A stretch of 64,000 nucleotides of DNA. It comes from Vicugna vicugna. Its lineage: Eukaryota. Location: contig MU058844.1 of assembly GCA_013265495.1 (NCBI GenBank), forward strand, positions 4,703,535-4,767,534, in the 5' to 3' direction. Below are positions 50,950 through 63,622 of the stretch, piece by piece. Within the stretch, counting starts at the first letter, position 1, and the number at the start of each line of letters is the position of its first letter. The notes below the pieces were generated by a model. The model saw only the letters and a list, made by a program, of their open reading frames with translations. It was not told the DNA's origin and made no database searches. The position numbers were made by a program, and so were the translations under genes.

Positions 50950-51123
50950 ATTCTTTTAAGGATGAAAGTCTCCTCTGAACTTTGGTCAAAAATGACCTTT
51001 GATTTAAATCATTAGCTCCTCTGGACAAATTCTTTTAAGGATGAGAGAATCTCTTCTGACCTTTGGCCTGCACTTCCCAAATAAAAATAACCTTTGATCT
51101 AAATCATTAACTTCCCTGAGCAA
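50950..51123. repeat. Imperfect two-copy tandem duplication (79 bp + 95 bp units)
   Basis: Both units start ATTCTTTTAAGGATGA (50950, 51029) and share 'tctga(a/c)ctttgg' and 'acctttgat(t/c)taaatcatta'. Confidence 0.92.
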
Positions 51124-51299
51124 GTGTGCTAATATATGAAATCTGTGGTTATAGCAGATGGTTTCTAAGAATGTGATTTCCTCAAAAATGCTATGAGTCT
51201 AATACATTCAAGATTATTTTCTTGATACTCTGTCTTTTAAAGTATGTTTTAAGTTTTTCAGGGTGTGGGATGTGAAAATAAGATACCAGTTTTAATTCA

Positions 51300-51535
51300 T
51301 CAGTGCATCTGATGCTAAAGAGCTTGAGTTCTGGAGTCTGACTTCCTAATTTTAAATCTTGAGTCTGTCACTTAGTAGTTGGTAGCCTTGGACAAATAAT
51401 TTAACCTCAATATGTCTAAGGTTCCTTTTCTACAAAATGGGAAAAATGTTTCAGTTTCTGAGGAATAACCCAGATAGTGCATAGAAAGTATATAATATAT
51501 CATATAGACTATAAATATCAGCTATGATGATTATG
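51300..51535 (+). mobile_element. MIR SINE
   Basis: 'agagcttgagttctggagtctgac...tctgtcacttagtagttggtagccttggacaaataatttaacctc'. Confidence 0.8.
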
Positions 51536-53234
51536 CTTATAATCATTTTATTATATAGATTTCTTTAGAAGTATCCTAGTGCACATAACACCAATGATTT
51601 ATTTATGTGTCCCTTTAGCCTTTTCAAAAAAATACAAAACAGAAGATAGCTTACTTGATGTTTAATAATTTTAGTCATCTTAGTCGCTCATTTTATAATT
51701 TTTAATATTGTCATGCTCCTTAATATGTCATTTTTAATTTTAATTCTCTGTGGCCCCAAGTCCCTCTCATTTTCCATTTCTTCAAATGATTTAAGTCTCC
51801 TCAGTTCCTGTCGGAAGGTCTTTTTTTCCTTTCCTTTTTTTTTTAATTCAAGTATATATTGAGGTTCTTAAAATAAATACATTGAGGTTTTGCTAAGTCC
51901 TTTTTGTTTTGTATTTTTTTGGCATTTTTTTTTTAGTTGATATAAACTTACAGGCTGTTTGTTATCACTTTGCTCATTTTTCTATCAATTGCTTATTTTT
52001 TTATTAAAAAGAGATGGTCAAATTAAATAAATTTGTGAAACATTTTCATTTTGTTTGCCTTTTATACCTCCTTTTATGAAGGAAAATTTTAGTATACACA
52101 GTGTTTTATAGTCAAACATGAAAGAGTTAGAACACTTCACCATTGAAGAAGGTAGCATTTTCTATAAATCTTTGTGCTTTGCTTTAACGGATTCATGAAC
52201 CCACAATGGTAGCATTGCCTTTGCTTACTTACAACACAGTGATGTGTTTCTTTTTCTGTCAGGAACTGCTGGTATGACAACTCCAGGGAGAACATGGTGA
52301 AATGAGAATTAGAGAAACTAAGCCAATTTCCTGAATGAAATTACATGCCATATGCTCAACATTTAGGTCAACAAATATGATTTTAAAAATACTGAAAAAA
52401 TGTATCTTAAATTTATGCAAATGAATTCTCATTAAAGTGAGTAAATGTAAGATAGAAAACATGCATTTTTGAAGTCCTTTCTTTTTGAGATGAATATTGA
52501 AGTATCAATTCTAGGATGTTAGTATTACAAAGCAAGCAAATTATCATGTATAGACATTTACTTAGAATTCAGTGCTTAAGGTGGAGTTTGGTGCTCTATG
52601 AAGTATCCCACCTCTAAGAGATGGATGTACATGCTTGAAGGATACAGAAGTGATTGTAAACACAAGGTTATTTGAGTTAGAGGGAGAGCTTACTGCAGAC
52701 AAGTAGTAGGCGTTTGCCATTTCTATTAAGGGCTGGGTGTAGAGAAGGGTATTGCCTAAATGGCTTGTGGAGTACGTTGACTAAGAAAAAGAAAGGGAGT
52801 ATAGAGGATTTTGGAGACTTTATAGGGTGGAAATTACCTTTGTCAATGTATTAAGCAGGACTAAGTGGAATACACATTACTGGAGACACTTTAACATTCA
52901 GAAACAGGGACCTTTCATAGATAAGCTGGTAGAATCAACAAGTAATGACCAAGCCCTAACCCTTCAAGACGAAAAGATAGACTGGTTAATTCATTCCTCT
53001 AGATGCTCTCACTCTTTTTGATGCCAAATCACACAGGCTGAAAAAGATTAAAGGAATGAATCTGTGAAGAGACTCCCTTCCATTGTAGCCTTAAGTTGAT
53101 CCCAGCCCAGAGAGCTAGAAAAGAAAAAAAAAATTATCCCTCAGTAGTTAGATTAAAAAACATTTTGTTTTTTGAACTTGTAAAACACTAAAAAGTTGTG
53201 ATGCCTGGAAAAGTGTTTGTAGTCACTTCTAGGG

Positions 53235-53557
53235 CAATGCTGTCCATAGAATTACAATGACAGCAACAAAAGTGGTCCACATGTTTACTTTAAAATGTTC
53301 TAATAGTCACATTAAAAAAGTAACCAGAACAGGTGAAAATAATTTTTTAATTCTATTTAATCTATCCCAACATGTGCAAAATATTATAATATCAAAAGAT
53401 AATATAAAATTATTTCTGAGATACTTTGTCTTCATATTTGGTACTGTCTTTGAGACTTCGTGTACTTTTCATTCTTACAACACATTTCACTTTGGACTAG
53501 CACATTACAAATGCTCAAGAACCCATGTGATAACTGACCATTGTATTGAACAGCCTT
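53235..53557. mobile_element. MER33 hAT-Charlie DNA transposon
   Basis: TIRs 'caatgctgtccataga' and 'tattgaacagcc'; internal 'taatagtcacattaaaaaagtaa...aggtgaaaataatttt' and 'cacatttcactttggactagcacatt'. Confidence 0.88.
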
Positions 53558-56126
53558 CTCTACAGAATAACCAGCTCATCACCCATCATTTTCTATGTGG
53601 AATCTATGACACAGAGATGTAAAGAGGTTTTGCTACTGCTACCATTACCCAGTCACTGGCTTCGGCAGGGCTACTGAGCACCTAATCTTCTCTATACAGC
53701 ATAGCTAATGAAACACATGATGAATTGAAAAGAGACCCTATTTTGTCATCATATGTTTGGTTTGCTAGAGTACAAACATTTTTTTTAAAAGTGAGTGAGT
53801 TAATTCAGAATGTGAAGAGAGCATGACAACTGCATCTTGCAGATGGTGTAACATCTATCTTATGAAGACATTTTATTTCTAGACAATTAGACACAAAATG
53901 CCACATCATGAAGATTCCATTAGTGACACATTTTACATATACATATTAAAGTGTATTTTAGTAAAATCTGAAAATACTATTTCTGTCAGCTTCGCTCACT
54001 CACTTTTACCAACGTACTACATAACAGATTTAACTGTGTGTTATTGAAAGCGTCTTTACCTAGGGGATTTTCCAGGCACAACTCTCTGAGGGGTAAGGAA
54101 CACAAATCAAGTCTGCTATACTTAATAAAAGAGGTGGGCATTATTCACCATGTGATCAGTTCTTTTGAAATCTATAGGGTGCTAATATTAGTATCTGGCA
54201 CTTCATAGATCATATAACTTCTGGGAAATTTTTCTACCTGTTCAAAGAGATAGATACTCAAGCAGAAGCTCTTCTTGTCACCACATGCTTATTTTATATG
54301 TCATGTGAGGGTCATTACATGGAGAACCAGGCTATTCACCTTATTTAGACTGCCAGATTCTTTAGGATAATAATTATTTCTTATTTCAGGAGTCTACAGA
54401 TGTAATACTTAGCTGTGGAAACACACCTTTAAACAAACGAAAAAACCCTTACAGTGTTCACAAATATAAACCAGTACTGTCCTATAGAAGGTAAAGATGG
54501 ATGAGATCTGTATACATTGAATGAAAAACAATATAGAAAAGTAAACAATTATAAACTACATGAAAGTAAATAACTGTCCACAATTAGCCATGCTAATTTA
54601 TCTTCCAGATTTAGGATTATGTTGTTTGTATCTTGGATTCTTTACCCAGCTTTTAGAAAGTGTTTTAAAGGGATTTTGCATATTTTTTCCAAGTGTTGTC
54701 TTTGTTTGTTTTTCTTGTATAAATAAGTATACTTTGAATTATGTTTTGTATTATTTGGCATATATTTCTGTCTGGATTTGGTTTTATGTTTGGAGAGTAG
54801 GAAAGGCTAAAAATTTTGAAGAGCAGATGGCAGCTGCGTATTAACTTTGCTCACTACACACCAAGTCTGTAAGAAACATTGCAAGTAGATCAGAATATAA
54901 AAAGTGGATTGGCCTTCACTGAGAACATTTTAAAAAATGATTTATTGACCCTATTCTTTTTTAAACTTTCCCCAAATGCCTTAATATTTAATAACCTAAA
55001 AACTGCTTGCAAATGAATATACTGGAAAACATTGAGGATTCAGTGTAGGATTCTAGCTCAGTGTTATTTTATATAACATCTTCACCACAAAGGTAGACAC
55101 CTTTGGCACCTAGTTAAAGACCTAGCTTTGATCCTATTGATAGGACCAAAATTTATGTAAACCAGGAGATCCTTGCTGCCCTACTTTGATCATCTGTTTT
55201 AGGATTTTTGTTTGGTTACCTAGATTTACACTGACCTCTGCACTGTGTTAATGTTCTAAATTATACTAACAAAGATTAACAACTCCAATTCCCAATAATT
55301 TAGCAGCTTTCATTAAAATTTATTAGCAAGATGTGGTTTTGATGGGTTTATAGGTAGAAAAACTTCATTTTCTTTTATTTTATAATAAATAAAATACTCC
55401 GGTGGAGAAGTTTTATAAAATGAAGAAATTTCATTTTCTCCCACTTTTGCAATGTTCTATTATTTTCCTAATTGTAATGAAAATGTTAAAATATACAAAA
55501 CAAGATTTCCTAAACATTTCTCATATTCTCCTCATTCTGTGATCTACATCCTCAGAATTCTGCTTTCCCAGTTCTCTGAATGTATTTTTCCATTCATAGT
55601 TTGCGACTATTTGAGATTGGAGAGAAGTACCAATTAAGTGTATCTTATTCTTCTGTGTGATACTCTATAGTATACTATGAGGACGGTAGTGCTATCTCAC
55701 GTTTACATGTAGAAAACATATTACATCTTCAGAGAGTTTAGTAACTTGCAAAGATATCACAAATAGTAAATGTATGAATCTGATCACCTCTTACTGTCTC
55801 TAATACTCTCACTCTATACATTACCCTTATCCTAGATGTTTGCAATAGACTTCTCAATACAGAATCCAGGATAATGCTTTAAAATATAAGCAGGATAAAA
55901 TAATACTGTTCAGATCCTTTCATTGGTTCCCCATCTTACTAAGAGCCCAAAGCCAAAACCTTTGAAATGATTCTCATGATCTGGCTCCTCACAGCTGCTC
56001 TAATTTCATATTTGACACTCTCAAGTTCTAGCAGAGATCTTGAGAATACTTGAGACCTGGGGGATAGGAACCAACATGAATACACAGAGCAAAGAAAAGT
56101 ACCAAGACTTGTACTTGGTGACAAAG

Positions 56127-56655
56127 TGTACTAGTCATCTGTTGTTTGTAGCAATGGATATTATCTGAAGATTGAGCAGCTTAAAACAAGAACTGTTTGT
56201 AATCGCTCATAGTTTTTACGGGTAAGGATTAATGAGCATCTTAGCTGGGATGTTTTGTGTAAGGAGTCTCTCATGAGGTTGAAGTAGTCATATGTGGGCC
56301 AGTGTTGCAGTCCTCTGAAGGCTTGACTGAACCTGGAAGATTTGCCTCCAGGGAAGATCACTCACATAGATAGTGAGTTGGCTTTTGTCAGAAGGTCTCA
56401 GTTCACTGCTAGATGGTCTTCTTCACAAGACTGCCAGAGCTTCCTCACAAAGTGACAGCAAGCTTCCTTCAGAGTGAGTGTTTCATGAGACCAGTGTGGA
56501 AGGTGCTGTATCTTTTACGAGCCACCATGAATCTTCCATGTGGCAGTTACTATAGTATTCTGCTGATCACACAAATAAGCCCTGGTTCATTGTGAGAGGG
56601 CATGAATACTAGGAAGCTAGAGTCATTGGGAACCATCTTAGCAGCTGACAATACA
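56127..56655 (-). mobile_element. MLT1F-like LTR
   Basis: 'gtctctcatgaggttgaagt', 'tctgaaggcttgactgaacctggaagattt' and 'gggcatgaatactaggaag...tcattgggaaccatctta'. Confidence 0.8.
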
Positions 56656-56766
56656 TCAGTGGAGTTTTGGATAACATTGTATGAAACTTTATCTGAATTG
56701 TTCCTGTTAGCTTAGTTTGGGTTGATTTTTATGTCAGTTTCAACACACAGAATCCTAACTGGTACA
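56656..56766 (+). mobile_element. 3' terminus of an older MLT1J/K-like LTR
   Basis: 'ttagcttagtttgggttgatttttatgtcagtttcaacacacagaatcctaactggtaca'. Confidence 0.6.
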
Positions 56767-58819
56767 CTGGCATCCTGATTCATTGATTGACCAATTTAAG
56801 ATCTTTCAATCACAGGAATAATTTAAAATGAAATTATTAGAAATATGGAGATCTTTAAGGAGTCACCCCTTCAACTATAAAATAAGAGATGACTAATGAT
56901 TAATTATTAGACAACCTGGAGAATAGTCAGATTTCTTTTGCCTAAACAATGAGAACTGGTATAACATGACTTAAAACAATTAAAGATGTAAGCTTTTAGT
57001 TTGTCTAAGCTCTTGGAAGGATATTTGGAATTAGATGGCCTTAGGTTACATAGTGGTAAAAGTTGGATTGCAACTTTATGGTGAGTTATGTTAGTTCTCG
57101 TTAGGGTTAAACCTTTGAAGTAGCTGTTAAGAATGCTTATTATGTGAATATATCTTCAGATTTGAGAGTAGAGGTTTGGTACTTTATTATTTCTATGCTG
57201 CTTTTTGTTAGGTATTATAAGCTAGTTATTCTACTGTCATGAATCACATAGGAGCTGTCTCCACTCTGATTCAATATTGTTTTATTGCTTTAAGACAAAG
57301 AAGATGATTTTTCTTGACTTTTTAGCATAATATTCATATTCCATTTTGTTGTAAAACTGTGTTTATTATTTAATAAATGTCCTTTCTTTACACATCAAAG
57401 AGAATATTGTGAAATTTATTATGAAGTAGGTGTAAAATGTAAAAATAGAAAAGAAAAAAACCCAAGGAATATTTACTTTATATTTAAAATTTTTTATTTG
57501 TTTATTTTTTATTGTTTTAGAAACTTGTTTTCAGACTCTCCATAACTGAATAAGCCACCTTGTTAATTACTCTGGCATGAACACCGAGGTACCGAGATTT
57601 AAATTAACTAGATAGTGAACTACTTTACAAGTATTAATTTTAAGAATGTGATACAATTTTTCAATTCTTCTGCAGAAAACCAAAGTCCTTTGCTCATATG
57701 ATAATAAGTTAATAGTTAGAAATTTCAAAAAAATGAGTCTTAAATGCTCCTCTCTCTGTTCCATTTTGTTATATTTTTCTTTTTCCTCAAACCTCTATTT
57801 TTTTTTTGGCATATTCCTCTATGTGTTTAATTTGTTTGCTTTTGCAAATGCAATTAAGATTTTGGCAAATTTACAAAAGAAGCTAAGAAACTGCTGTGAA
57901 CACAAAGGCAGACATAAAAAAGAAATAGACATTTTGGTAAATTTGATAGAAGAGAGCTAAATCTACCAAGCTTTCCCTGGAAAAAAATAGATAGGAGAAC
58001 GTGAGAAATGCCTTCAGCCAGCTCAAATTGAAGATGTGCTTAAACAAAGACGCTTGAAGCCCTCATTTTGACTCTATTTAGCAGCAAGCAAATACATTGG
58101 CACTAAAACAGGGGCATATGTCTGTGAAAGAGTATAAATAAGCACTTTCTAGAATTTCATGTAGAAAGAAATAGTAGAACAGAGAAAAGGGCCATTTAAC
58201 ACAATTTAGAGATATCCTACGAAAAACAAAATTTTTGTTAGGAATTGTATTTGCAGCAATAGTCCTTGGCTAGATGATGAAGTTGGTAAATTTTTGACCT
58301 GTATTCATCTTCTTTTCTTGTGATCCAAGCTTCTCCACATGTTGCTTTCACTCAGATCTGTTATACTCCTCGTGATTCCTCTTTTGGAGATAAAAACTAG
58401 ACAAGACTCACCACTTTAATCCAGAGCCAGGCAGCTCTTTGGAGTCCCCATCCATAAAGGGCCATGCAACATTAATAGGATGCTCAGACATGGCGAGTAA
58501 TGAAATGGGATAAAGAGAATTATATTTCCCAAAACTCTCTAAAGGAAAGTCAACTGCCTCTTATGAAAATTGCCTTCTGGGGTGGATGGCTCCAGGAACC
58601 AGTGGGCTTTTGTTTAGATGAACGCTTTGGGCTAGTGCCAAATGTCTTTCGATAACAGTGTGAGGCAAACTCTTTCATTCTCTTTTCTTCTCCAACAAGA
58701 CACTCAAACTCTCCTATAAATAAATATTTCAAATATATTTAAAGAACTTCAGTTTGACATGGTTCCACATTGTAGCCCGCTTGTAGGTCTCTCATGTCTA
58801 GTCTAACCTTGTCTGATTT

Positions 58820-59050
58820 CATAGTCAAGAATTCCCCTCACTTCTGGCATTTTGTATCTTCCTTCCTGGTTTCATTTGTCTCCTCAGCATGATCACTAAT
58901 GTACCATGTGTACACACCCACACATACACATATAAGATTTTTTTATTTGTTTATTGTTTTATCTCTAGTGCCTAAAGCAGTATTGACATCTAGTAGACAC
59001 TCAATAAGAAAAATGATATTTATAATAAATATTTATTGAGTAAATGAATG
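58820..59050 (+). mobile_element. L2 3' fragment
   Basis: 'ctagtgcctaaagcagtattgacatctagtagacactcaataa...aatatttattgagtaaatgaatg'. Confidence 0.65.
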
Positions 59051-60039
59051 GAAAGTCATTTTGCCAAGGAGAGCTAGAAACAAGTCCTAAATTTAGAAAG
59101 CATCCAATGCTCCAGGAGTGTTCCAAAGTTTTATTGTTTCAAAATTTTGAAATCCAAGCTACTCAGGCAATTCTCTTTTTATAACTCATCTCATGCTAGC
59201 ATTTGTAAAGTTTACAAGAGGCCACAGAATAAATATGGAGCAGTTTCTAGGTCATTTGTCCTTAACCCATGTGAGCTCTCCCAAAAAACCCATATACCCA
59301 TGTCCCCTTACCCCTGCCCCCTGGGCTTTATTGTGGGAACAGCCAGGCCACCTCAGTCATTTTTCATAGGAGTAGGGCAATTGTCACATGATCCAGAGAA
59401 GATCAGAATGTGCTCTGTTTCAGGAGAGAGGAATTGACTAGGCTGAACTTACTCAGTTATTTCTCCCAACCCATCATCACTCAAATATTTTCTCTTTTCA
59501 TGAGAAAAATTGTGAATGTGGTGGGAGGGTAGGTTATAGGGAAAAGTCAAGGAGCTTACTGTAGTGGAAGTCCCATCATGGATATTGTGGGACAGAAAAA
59601 TGTTGGTCACCACTATTCCTGACTGTGCAACATTCCCCAGCCTTTCTGAGCTACTGGGCTTAATTATTTCATTTGAAGTCATACAGAGACATAGCTCTCC
59701 CTCAGAGGGGAGACTATCAATAGTTTCCTGTTCCCACACATAGGATTCCACTCTCCCAATACTAAAAAAAAAAAATTTATTTCTCCTTGAAACATTGGTG
59801 AATAGTTTAGCATTTAACCTGAAAGACTATGACAAATATCATTATATTAATTAACTCCAAGTTTCATTGTACCTTAAACAAAAATGTTGATTCCTATTCT
59901 GTTTCTCATAATAAATGCTTCCTAGATATATTAAGTCTATAAAATATCAGGGGAGGGCTAATGGGCCATTTTGTGACAGGTAGAATTTGTAATGGTGTAG
60001 GCACCTTTGATCGTATTATTCCTGCTCTGTGGCATCCTT

Positions 60040-60375
60040 TCCTCTTCCTTCACGGTTTACTGGGTTAGTTTGCACTCTTTATTTTTCAACTTAGATGATA
60101 TTTCCTACAGAATGCATTTCTTGAATCTCCTTGGCATAGTTGCGTCTGCTATTTGACCCCTCTCTTCCCTCCTTAACCCTTAGCACAGTGTACTTCTATC
60201 AAAACCCTACTCATCTTGTGGGAATAAAATTTAGTTTTATTGTCTGACTCCCTTCCTGAATTATATGCTTCATGAAGGCATATTTTATCATGTCTGCTTT
60301 GTTCACTATTTTATCTCCAATTTTTAGTATGATATCTCTGCCTTTAATACATTTTGTCAATTGAATGAATGATTA
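60040..60375 (+). mobile_element. L2 3' fragment
   Basis: 'tgtctgactcccttcctgaattatatgcttcatgaaggca...ttgttcactattttatctcca...ttgaatgaatga'. Confidence 0.65.
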
Positions 60376-61329
60376 ATTACAAAGAATGGGAGTCATTAAG
60401 TCTTTCTGGCATGAGCCTCTGGATTTTATATTTTGGAAATTCATAGGCTGTTGGGATTGGTGATTACTTCTCACAAGTGACTGCTATGGAAATATGCATT
60501 CAGGTTGCCACTCATTAGAGAGTTAACTCCACCCTTGAAATGACTAGTTGTTGCCTCCTTTAAGCTTGACCAGCTGTAGGTTTTCCCCCTTTCTTTGCTA
60601 GCTGAATGTTGGCATTTAGAGGTCCCTAATCAGCTGAGGGACCTAGGACGGGGCTTTTTAATGTGGAGTTTATGAAAATCCTTTAAATTGTATACAAACA
60701 GATACAAAAGGATAATATGTCCTGATGGTGGTAAATTTCTGCCACTACCCCAACAAAAAGGAGTGCTTTTGGAATGTGACTCATTCTAGCTCACAGGACA
60801 CCACTCTGAGGTTTGGGGCCCTTGTATGGAATAAATCCTTTGTGTGTATTTAAGAACCTGTGGCAGTGGTAGACATCTAATTGAGGACTGGAGATTTTGG
60901 AACATAGCAGTCTCTTTCAATTTCTTTTTTTGCCGTAACATAGGACTAATAATTATCAGACCACAAGCAATAATATGAATTAAAACAAAAACAAAAACAA
61001 AAAACCTGAGGATGACAAATTTGTGGGTAAAAACGTGAGCCCAAAGGGCAGTCCAATATTATGACTATCATGCTTTGAAGTAGTGGGCCAGGAAAACACA
61101 AACATTCATTGAAGGGCTGGATGGTTATACTAACATTTGACTAGGCTGACAGAGATTGGGAGGTGATTCATTGACTTACACCTCTTACTCATCTTTTCAT
61201 ATGAAACGCTCTATTACTAAGAACTATAAGCGTTCTTAGACAAAAACTTTTTGTTTGTTTTTTTTTACATTTAAAGAGATAAGGCCAAATTTTTGGTAAA
61301 TGTGGCATTGTGCTAGGCCTTGGAATTTG

Positions 61330-61570
61330 ATGTGGATTGCTAATAATAAGGGTTTATTAGGTGCCAGGGATTTTATCAAGTGGTTTATCTGGTTTATCTA
61401 ATTAATTCTAAGGACAACTCTATGAAGGACTATTATTGTCCTTATTCACAAATGAGTTAACTGTATTACAGAGAGGTTAGGTAAGTAATCTGAAAACAAA
61501 TGGCAGGACCAAGACCAGGATTTTAAACTAGGCAGTCAGATTCTAGAGACCAATCTCTTAGTCATACAGT
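61330..61570 (-). mobile_element. MIR SINE
   Basis: 'tttattaggtgccagg...acaactctatgaagg...cagagaggttaggtaa...ctaggcagtcagattctagag'. Confidence 0.75.
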
Positions 61571-62543
61571 ATGAATAAAAGGACATTCTGGATGAAGGAA
61601 TATCACAAACAGAAAGAGATTCATTTTGTGAAAGAGATTGTACCAATTTGGAAGGAACATAAGGCTGGGAGAAGAGCAGTGGTAAATTGAATTAGAAATA
61701 GGGATTGGGGCCAGTCTCAGAGGATTTTGTCATTCTAAGCAATGTGTACTTTTGTTGTGGGTGTAGAAATATGAAGAAATGATCTAAAGGGAAAATACGA
61801 GTTAAGGACTTATCAGTACTATGGGTATTACTCAGATTAGTGGTCCTTAGAAAGGTAAATATACATTGTAGACATAGAGAAACGTTTACACTTCCAGAGG
61901 CCATTATGGAAAACAGAATCAACATTGCTTTTCTTAAAGTTTCAAAAGTAGGGTAGACTTCATAATGAAATAAGAAGTTTGAAGACAGGGCTATCATATC
62001 GGTAATTCTTGGGGTACTGATGAGATGAAAATTCTTTAAATATTTTGTTAGAAAAAATTTGTGACATACTTGTAAAGGGGCAAAAAGGTTATTGGGTGTC
62101 CTTTTAATGGCCATTGTTTAGTGGATCCTTCTGGGGTTATCTGATTGTACCTAGATTTTTACCTTTAATTGTCTTTGAGATATTTTACACCTTTATAAAC
62201 TGAAGAAACCAACAGTAATACAGATGATTCTTATCCATCGAAATACAGTTGAATTTTGTCTGGTGAAGATGCAACTTTTGAATTATCTTCTATATAGAAC
62301 AATATTGCACCATTTAACAAACTCATTTCAGTTTTTTTCATTGCATATGTGTCTGCTCTTTGATTGCTCCTTTGAGTTTTTTTTAATCACTGACTCCTTT
62401 GTTAATTAATGTGATTAATTTGATACGTATACATTTTATATATGTAGGTCATGATTTTTCCCTTTACAAATTATGTTTTAACATTTGCAATTACTCAATT
62501 TGTAGATCAGTATTGAAAATTGACTTACTACAGTATAATTCTT

Positions 62544-63100
62544 TTATTTTTTTTTTATTGAAGTGTAATAGTCAGTTTACAATGTTGTATCAATTTCTGG
62601 TGTACAGCATATTGCTTCAGTTATACATGAATATACATATGTTTGTTTTCATATACTTTTCACTGTAAGTTACTACAAGATATTGAGTATAGTTCCCTGT
62701 GCTATACAGTATAAAATTGTTTATCTATTTTTTTATATATATATATATATTAGTTAATATCTGCAAATCTGAAACTCCCGATTTATCCCTTCCCCCCTTT
62801 TTCCCCACTGGTAACCCCACTGGTAACTGTGAGTCTTTCTGTTTTGTAAATAAATTCTTCTTCTTCTTTTTTTTTTTTTTAAGATTCCACATATAAGTGA
62901 TAGCATATGGTGTTTTTCTTTTTGTTTCTGGCTTACTTCTCTTAGAATGACAGTCTCCAGGTCCATCCATGTTGCTACAAATGGCATTATTTTACTCTTT
63001 TTAATCACTGAGTAGTATTCCATTGTATAAATATACCACAACTTCTTTATCCAGTCATCTGTTGATGGACATTTAGGTTGTTTCCATTTCTTAGCTATTT
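62544..63100 (-). mobile_element. Young 5'-truncated L1 (557 bp) with 16-bp TSD
   Basis: T-rich tail then 'ttgaagtgtaatagtcagtttacaatgttgtatcaatttctggtgtacagcat'; ORF 62754-63041(-) 'MWYIYTMEYYSVIKK..IMPFVATWMDLE' is the L1 ORF2 end; TSD ctacagtataattctt (62528-62543) and ctacaatataattctt (63101-63116). Confidence 0.96.
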
Positions 63101-63224
63101 CTACAATATAATTCTTGTTATTGATGTTATTACTGGTTTATTTTACTGATAACTATCAGGAAAACATTTAAATTAAATTGAAAATAATGGCAATATTAGT
63201 AGCAATTATTATTCATTGTACACT

Positions 63225-63435
63225 TGTTCCAGAAACATTTTCATTCATTATCTGGTTTAATTATCACAAAATACAATGGAGAGTTTACTGTTACTAAAAT
63301 ACCTATTTTATACACAAAGAAAATAAGACTGAGAGTTCTTTAAATTGCATAATGCCATGTAACAAATAAATGAAAGTTAGAACTCCAACCCAACTTTTGT
63401 TAAATAAAAATGTTATGCTTTAACAACTAGGCCAC
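63225..63435 (-). mobile_element. MIR SINE, degraded
   Basis: 'tcattatctggtttaattatcacaa...cctattttatacacaaagaaaataagactgagag'. Confidence 0.55.
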
Positions 63436-63622
63436 ATCTTCTTTGTGACTTTACTGAAAACGTAATCCACAAGGCCCACTCTCATAGCAGTGCCACTACT
63501 AATGAAACATCATCTAAAAATGAAAACTGAATAGCTTATTATAGCTCAGTGTAACTTTTGATTGATTTACTCAATATACAGATAAAACCACCACAATAAA
63601 CCAATGTATCTCTTGACTCCAG

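Noticed and set aside
53257..53622. 121-aa plus-strand ORF
   Set aside because: Lies almost entirely inside the non-coding MER33 element.
61692..62114. 140-aa minus-strand ORF
   Set aside because: No recognisable domain, AT-driven composition, partly over L2-like sequence and no splice context.
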